Of a stretch of DNA of 21,906 nucleotides, positions 17,984 to 21,906 are shown one piece after another. Both the position numbers and the translations under genes were made by a program. The DNA comes from a bacterium. Its GTDB lineage: Bacteria; Muiribacteriota; UBA6191. The notes beneath the pieces were generated by a model. The model searched no databases. It was not told the origin of the DNA and saw only the letters and a program-made list of their open reading frames with translations. The stretch's first letter is position 1. Each line of letters begins with the position of its first letter. Location: NCBI GenBank assembly GCA_036339875.1, contig JAYZAC010000183.1, forward strand, positions 1-21,906, read 5' to 3'.

Positions 17984-18805
17984 TTAGAAACTTGCTCCGA
18001 TACCTATAGAAATACTACGGTCAGAGGCATCTGTGTTGCGCCCCTCAAACTTATGGGCAATTAAAAAATTTAAATTCCAAGTACTATTTAATTTTCTAGA
18101 AAAACCTACACCACCTATTAATTGTGATTCATCCTTTCTGTGAAAAGAGAAATTGATCCATCCGCTAGACGGATCAAAAAGATTCACACCTGATAACTGT
18201 TCATCATAAAAAATAAGAAAACGAGCATTGTGTTTATTATCCAGCTTCTTACCGTATTCAAAATTCAATTGGACAGCATTAGGAGCTGCATTTGCTCTCT
18301 TGCGATAACGTGCACTTACAGAATAAAAATCGGAGCTAGTAAGGATTTTAGCCCAGTGCCAAGCAAAATTTAACTCAGACTCACCATAACCGGGAGAAGT
18401 TATTCGATCAGCTTGATAATCCCCAGTAATCAAATAACCTAACTCCCAGGCAGCAGATATTTTTCCGAGCTTGTAAGTTTTCTTAAATCCTAAATATGTA
18501 TCACTTACTTGAGATACTGCTGGACCAGGCACTGGCTCAAAGGCTCCAATATTAGAGTACTTTGTCGTCAAAATCAGTGTATCGCTTTCATTTAGACCGG
18601 TGTAGTAGGAAAGATCCCAAGATTCATTAGTGATCTTTTCAGGTGAGAAGTTAACTTGAGTGCGATTCTTAAAAATACTATTGTACTCTGAAATTGAGTA
18701 ATTTATGCCTAGATATGACTTGTTTGAACCTAACGGCCACGCACAAGCATAAACAAATGATAAAGAAAACTGGCTGATGAAAATCATAATTAAAGTTTTT
18801 AGCAT
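17984..18805 (-). CDS. Probable outer-membrane beta-barrel protein
   Basis: Signal peptide; alternating amphipathic beta-strands rich in aromatic residues; C-terminal beta-signal SISIGIGASF ending in Phe. Confidence 0.72.
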   Translation of the reverse strand: MLKTLIMIFISQFSLSFVYACAWPLGSNKSYLGINYSISEYNSIFKNRTQVNFSPEKITNESWDLSYYTGLNESDTLILTTKYSNIGAFEPVPGPAVSQVSDTYLGFKKTYKLGKISAAWELGYLITGDYQADRITSPGYGESELNFAWHWAKILTSSDFYSVSARYRKRANAAPNAVQLNFEYGKKLDNKHNARFLIFYDEQLSGVNLFDPSSGWINFSFHRKDESQLIGGVGFSRKLNSTWNLNFLIAHKFEGRNTDASDRSISIGIGASF

Positions 18806-18812
18806 GACGTCC

Positions 18813-19202
18813 TCATTTCCTCAGATAATCAAGAAGTTTCCACTGCTTGGCCATGTATATTTGCATTGCCTCTAGATCTCTAGGGTCAACTGCAACTGAC
18901 TCTGAGAGCCCCAGTCTATCCGTCATTGTGCTACATTTTTCCACTTGTGATGCCAACTTATTAATTACTTTACTAAGCTTTCGCCTCCGAAACTTAAATT
19001 TAGATTGTTTACCATGACAGTTGTAACAACTCAAATTGCTATTGAAAACCTTCTTAAATAAATTCTGGCCTCTTGATAAAAGTGCAGAATCTACGACATG
19101 ATTTATTTTAGGGGTTGGTGGGAATACAAAAGTTCCCGAGGCCTTAACTAAGCTTAAAGCCACAGCAACAAAGATCGTAATGTAGAGAAAAAGTTTATTC
19201 AC
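18813..19202 (-). CDS. Periplasmic monoheme c-type cytochrome, SoxA-domain-like
   Basis: Signal peptide; RGQNLF..LSCYNCHG (CxxCH); later LASQVEKC and DLEAMQIYM, which parallel the SoxA L.QRIN.C...E..AL..Y pattern. GTG start. Confidence 0.78.
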   Translation of the reverse strand: MNKLFLYITIFVAVALSLVKASGTFVFPPTPKINHVVDSALLSRGQNLFKKVFNSNLSCYNCHGKQSKFKFRRRKLSKVINKLASQVEKCSTMTDRLGLSESVAVDPRDLEAMQIYMAKQWKLLDYLRK

Positions 19203-19334
19203 GGCATCACCAATCGTTAAAAGGTTATAAGAGTGATAGTCTATCAGTAAAAGTAGTTAGATTAAATAAACAGTTTTGCAATAAAAATCATTACGATAAC
19301 AACTACCCTTAGATTATCCTTTAGCATATTAATT

Positions 19335-20678
19335 ATGAGTAATATTTATTGGATCTTTTATGCTTCAGCACAATTATTGGGACTTCTATTTCTATTTTCT
19401 GATGGCATTTCGCATAATTTTTATTCTGAGCTTGGCTTCCTATTTACATTATGTTTGAGTTCAGCAATTCTTCCGATTCTTTACTCTCAAAAGCCCAATA
19501 GAAGACTCCTAGTTACATTAGGCCTTATATTTTTTGGATTGAGACTTTGGGCGATACACTCTGAAAGCTTTTACGAAGATGATTTTTATCGCTACCTAGT
19601 GGAAGCTAGAGCACTAGATCAATCCATTGATCCATATTTAGTTTCACCACATGAATTTAAAAACCTCATTCTGAATGGAGAATTTAATAATGAGCAGAAT
19701 AACAGAGTAGAAACTTACCAATATGCTGTAAATACCGGATTTGAATGGATGTCAGCGATTTATCCTCCATTAGTCATTCAAATCTTTAGATTGGCTGATA
19801 GCCCCATTGATTTAGGCTATCTTTTCCTTATTAGTGAACTTATTACGCTAATTATTCTCAATCTATTATTTCAGAAAATTAAACCAGCTCTCTGGGTTTG
19901 GTGGCTACATCCACTGCCTCTTATAGAAGTATATCTTAATAAACATTATGATCTTTGGATTGGACTAGCAATATTATTTTCATTAGGAGCAATAATATCT
20001 CGAAAATGGAAATTAGGTGCCTTAGGTCTCTCATTAGCAGTTCACTTGAAGGGATTTGCTCTATGCTTTCTACCATTTATGAATCGTAAAACTATCTTCA
20101 ATTTTATAATTGTTTATACGCTTATCGAATCCATCTCTTATTACTCTTTTCCTAATCGTTTCGCTGATCATAATAGCCTTTTCAGTTTTGCATCCATGTG
20201 GGAGTTTAATAACGGAGTCTATACTTGGAGTAGAATTTTCATAGAGTCTTTAGACTTTATTTCAAAGCCGAACCTAATAACTCGCGTCATATTTTTAGCA
20301 TTGCTATTAATCGGACTTTTGTGGGTATTTTTCAAACCTAATAAACAGTCGGCGTTTATAAGAGTAAGTCTCTTATTTTTTATGTTAAGCCCCGTAACTA
20401 ATCCATGGTATCTGCTAATGTGCTTGCCATTTTTTCTCGTCTTTGCTTCCGATCGCCGTGAATTTCATTTTTTCAGCCTGTGTCCAATATATTATTGCCT
20501 TTGGATAGCACCGAACCCAATGGAAGCATTACCATGGACCACTACAATACAATGGTTTATTTTTCTCTTTTTACTCATTTACCTACCTCTCAGTAAAAAT
20601 TACGGAAAAGAAAAATATGCCTTTCAGATAGGTCAGAGATCTAAGCCATTTGTCGAGGAAACTAGATCATCTCAATGA
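19335..20678 (+). CDS. Polytopic membrane GT-C fold glycosyltransferase-like protein (GT87/DUF2029-like)
   Basis: Many TM helices; loop motif EDDFYRYL..DPY, IYPP, HPL, K-G in a TM, WEFN, SPVTNPWY. Confidence 0.75.
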   Translation: MSNIYWIFYASAQLLGLLFLFSDGISHNFYSELGFLFTLCLSSAILPILYSQKPNRRLLVTLGLIFFGLRLWAIHSESFYEDDFYRYLVEARALDQSIDPYLVSPHEFKNLILNGEFNNEQNNRVETYQYAVNTGFEWMSAIYPPLVIQIFRLADSPIDLGYLFLISELITLIILNLLFQKIKPALWVWWLHPLPLIEVYLNKHYDLWIGLAILFSLGAIISRKWKLGALGLSLAVHLKGFALCFLPFMNRKTIFNFIIVYTLIESISYYSFPNRFADHNSLFSFASMWEFNNGVYTWSRIFIESLDFISKPNLITRVIFLALLLIGLLWVFFKPNKQSAFIRVSLLFFMLSPVTNPWYLLMCLPFFLVFASDRREFHFFSLCPIYYCLWIAPNPMEALPWTTTIQWFIFLFLLIYLPLSKNYGKEKYAFQIGQRSKPFVEETRSSQ

Positions 20679-20806
20679 TTAATGATTTCATCTAGCTCAT
20701 ACTGCGAGGAAGATACACGCATTAAGCCATCATGTAGAATATATAATTTAGTCACTTCAAATATTATGTTAACTTCGAGATGTAGCTTTCAATTCATAAT
20801 TTGTAG

Positions 20807-20837
20807 AGTCGATAGGGGAATTTTCTACGTCGACTTT
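20807..20837. terminator. Possible terminator hairpin between the convergent GT-C gene and lexA
   Basis: AGTCGA-TAG-GGGAATTTT-CTA-CG-TCGACT imperfect stem, ~17 nt past the lexA stop; the U-tract is weak. Confidence 0.3.
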
Positions 20838-20852
20838 ATCTAGGTTAAAGGA

Positions 20853-21461
20853 CTAAACCAGTTTGCGAACCAAACCCACCATTACGCCCAAAATACTGAC
20901 CTCACCCTTGATTATTATAGGCTCCATTGCTGAATTAGCTGGCTGTAGACGAATTTGACGACCCTCGTGAAAATATTTCTTTAAGGTCATTTGCCCTTCG
21001 TAGCTAGCTACTACTATCTGACCATTAGAGGCATAATCTCGCTCTTCAATTAAGACTAAATCACCATCAAGAATATGCTCTTCAATCATTGAATCACCCC
21101 TAATTTGCAGGGCATAAGTCTTCTCTATATCACGAACAGCTTGGTGTTCTAATTTCACCTCTTCATAGTCCTCAAAACACTCAACCATATTACCCGCTGG
21201 CACAACACCACGTAAGGGTAAAACAGTATTACGTAAAGGCTTATCACCATCTAATAGATGGATACCTCGCTTTTGTTTATAGGCTACTTTGATATAACCT
21301 TTTTTTTCTAAGGCCTTTAAATGCTGAATTACAGTAGAATGTGCGGAATAACCAAAATGTTTCTTTATTTCAATTACATGAGGGGAGTACTCGTATTTCT
21401 TAACGTAAGACTTAATGTAGTCATAGACTTCTTTCTGACGATTACTAAGTTTAATATTCAC
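20853..21461 (-). CDS. lexA: SOS transcriptional repressor LexA
   Basis: Winged HTH (LSNRQKEVYDYI...HLKALEKKGYI); Ala-Gly autocleavage site VPAG; catalytic Ser (GDSM) and Lys (TLKK); LQPANS. SD AAGGAGG favours GTG 21461 over TTG 21464. Confidence 0.96.
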   Translation of the reverse strand: MNIKLSNRQKEVYDYIKSYVKKYEYSPHVIEIKKHFGYSAHSTVIQHLKALEKKGYIKVAYKQKRGIHLLDGDKPLRNTVLPLRGVVPAGNMVECFEDYEEVKLEHQAVRDIEKTYALQIRGDSMIEEHILDGDLVLIEERDYASNGQIVVASYEGQMTLKKYFHEGRQIRLQPANSAMEPIIIKGEVSILGVMVGLVRKLV

Positions 21462-21597
21462 CAACCCTCCTTATTTCCTGTTCTATCTAAATCTATTCGA
21501 CATAATACCGACACAACAAATCTTTTTTTTGGAAATTTAATTATCATAAATTTTTCTATCGATTTAGATAAACTCTTTGCACACAAGGTTCTCTGCG

Positions 21598-21625
21598 ACT
21601 ACACATAATACAGATTATGTTAACC
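21598..21625 (+). other. dif: XerC/XerD recombination (dif-like) site
   Basis: ACTACACATAA-TACAGA-TTATGTTAACC has the 11-6-11 architecture. It matches E. coli dif (GGTGCGCATAA-TGTATA-TTATGTTAAAT) at 7/11 in the XerC arm and 9/11 in the XerD arm, and lies outside any supported gene. Confidence 0.75.
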
Positions 21626-21906
21626 TAATATTGTGGGAAATGTCGCACAGGTTCAAAGGCACGAAAATACTATCTAGATTTTCTGACTAAATTTTGACTA
21701 ATATTCAGATAGTTTTTATGTAAATAAACTTCAATGAGATCATCACCAAAGCGAAACAAGGCATGGGAGTATTAATTTTCAAGTCAGATAAAAAACAACA
21801 GCTAGTAAGTTCCACTAATCCACAGAAATCAATTTTATACTATTCTGAAGAGATGTCAGTCTCTGCGTGATAGAATCAATACAAACAGAATATCGCCATG
21901 CGCAAT

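Noticed and set aside
20600..20797. Minus-strand frame ATG-AAT-TGA... with four in-frame TGA codons (possible recoding)
   Set aside because: TGA acts as a stop in several genuine genes here, long ORFs have no internal TGA, no SECIS-like context was seen, and the frame overlaps the GT-C gene antisense.
21321..21608. Track ORF 21321-21608(+), 95 aa
   Set aside because: Antisense to the lexA 5' end and runs through its promoter region into the dif-like site; no SD or motif.
21575..21658. Palindrome interpreted as a known ncRNA (6S, SRP, purine riboswitch) or a retron msr-msd
   Set aside because: No conserved motifs of those families and no reverse transcriptase in the window; the dif architecture explains the core better.
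21700..21906. Short frames at the right edge (35-aa + ORF 21763-21870; open minus-strand frames; ATG at 21898)
   Set aside because: Too short or truncated and without recognisable motifs; cannot be called from this window.
1..21906. CRISPR array, tRNA/rRNA, IS element, integrase or known defence genes
   Set aside because: No regularly spaced repeats, cloverleaf or rRNA signatures, transposase or recombinase ORFs were seen by eye.

Overview
AT-rich bacterial chromosomal window, probably from a diderm (lipoproteins, an outer-membrane beta-barrel, a c-type cytochrome), using the standard genetic code. Left to right: 3' end of deoC; S9 peptidase plus a 63-aa gene (-); degenerate NlpD-like LysM/M23 protein, 115-aa unknown and B12-binding radical SAM enzyme (+); beta-sandwich/TolB-like lipoprotein (-); secreted N/P/G/Y/Q-rich protein and a 69-aa mini flagellar-rod-like protein (+); HEAT-repeat lipoprotein (-); FG-GAP lipoprotein, MoxR ATPase and an unknown (+); three small secreted Arg/Tyr/His/Cys-rich proteins behind a structured leader (-); M4 metalloprotease (-); SoxA-like monoheme cytochrome, beta-barrel and HAMP adenylate cyclase (-); GT-C membrane glycosyltransferase (+); lexA (-). 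The most notable signals are: (1) a XerC/D dif-like site upstream of lexA, embedded in an ~84-bp imperfect palindrome, with a second XerD-like half-site on the other side of lexA; (2) a candidate cis-regulatory RNA (anti-SD plus three hairpins, two with GGA loops) in front of the secreted cationic-protein trio, sharing a leader motif with the M4 protease gene; (3) a possible cytochrome/beta-barrel/adenylate cyclase sensing operon. No rRNA, tRNA, CRISPR array, transposase or integrase was seen. All calls come from motif recognition by eye, without database searches.
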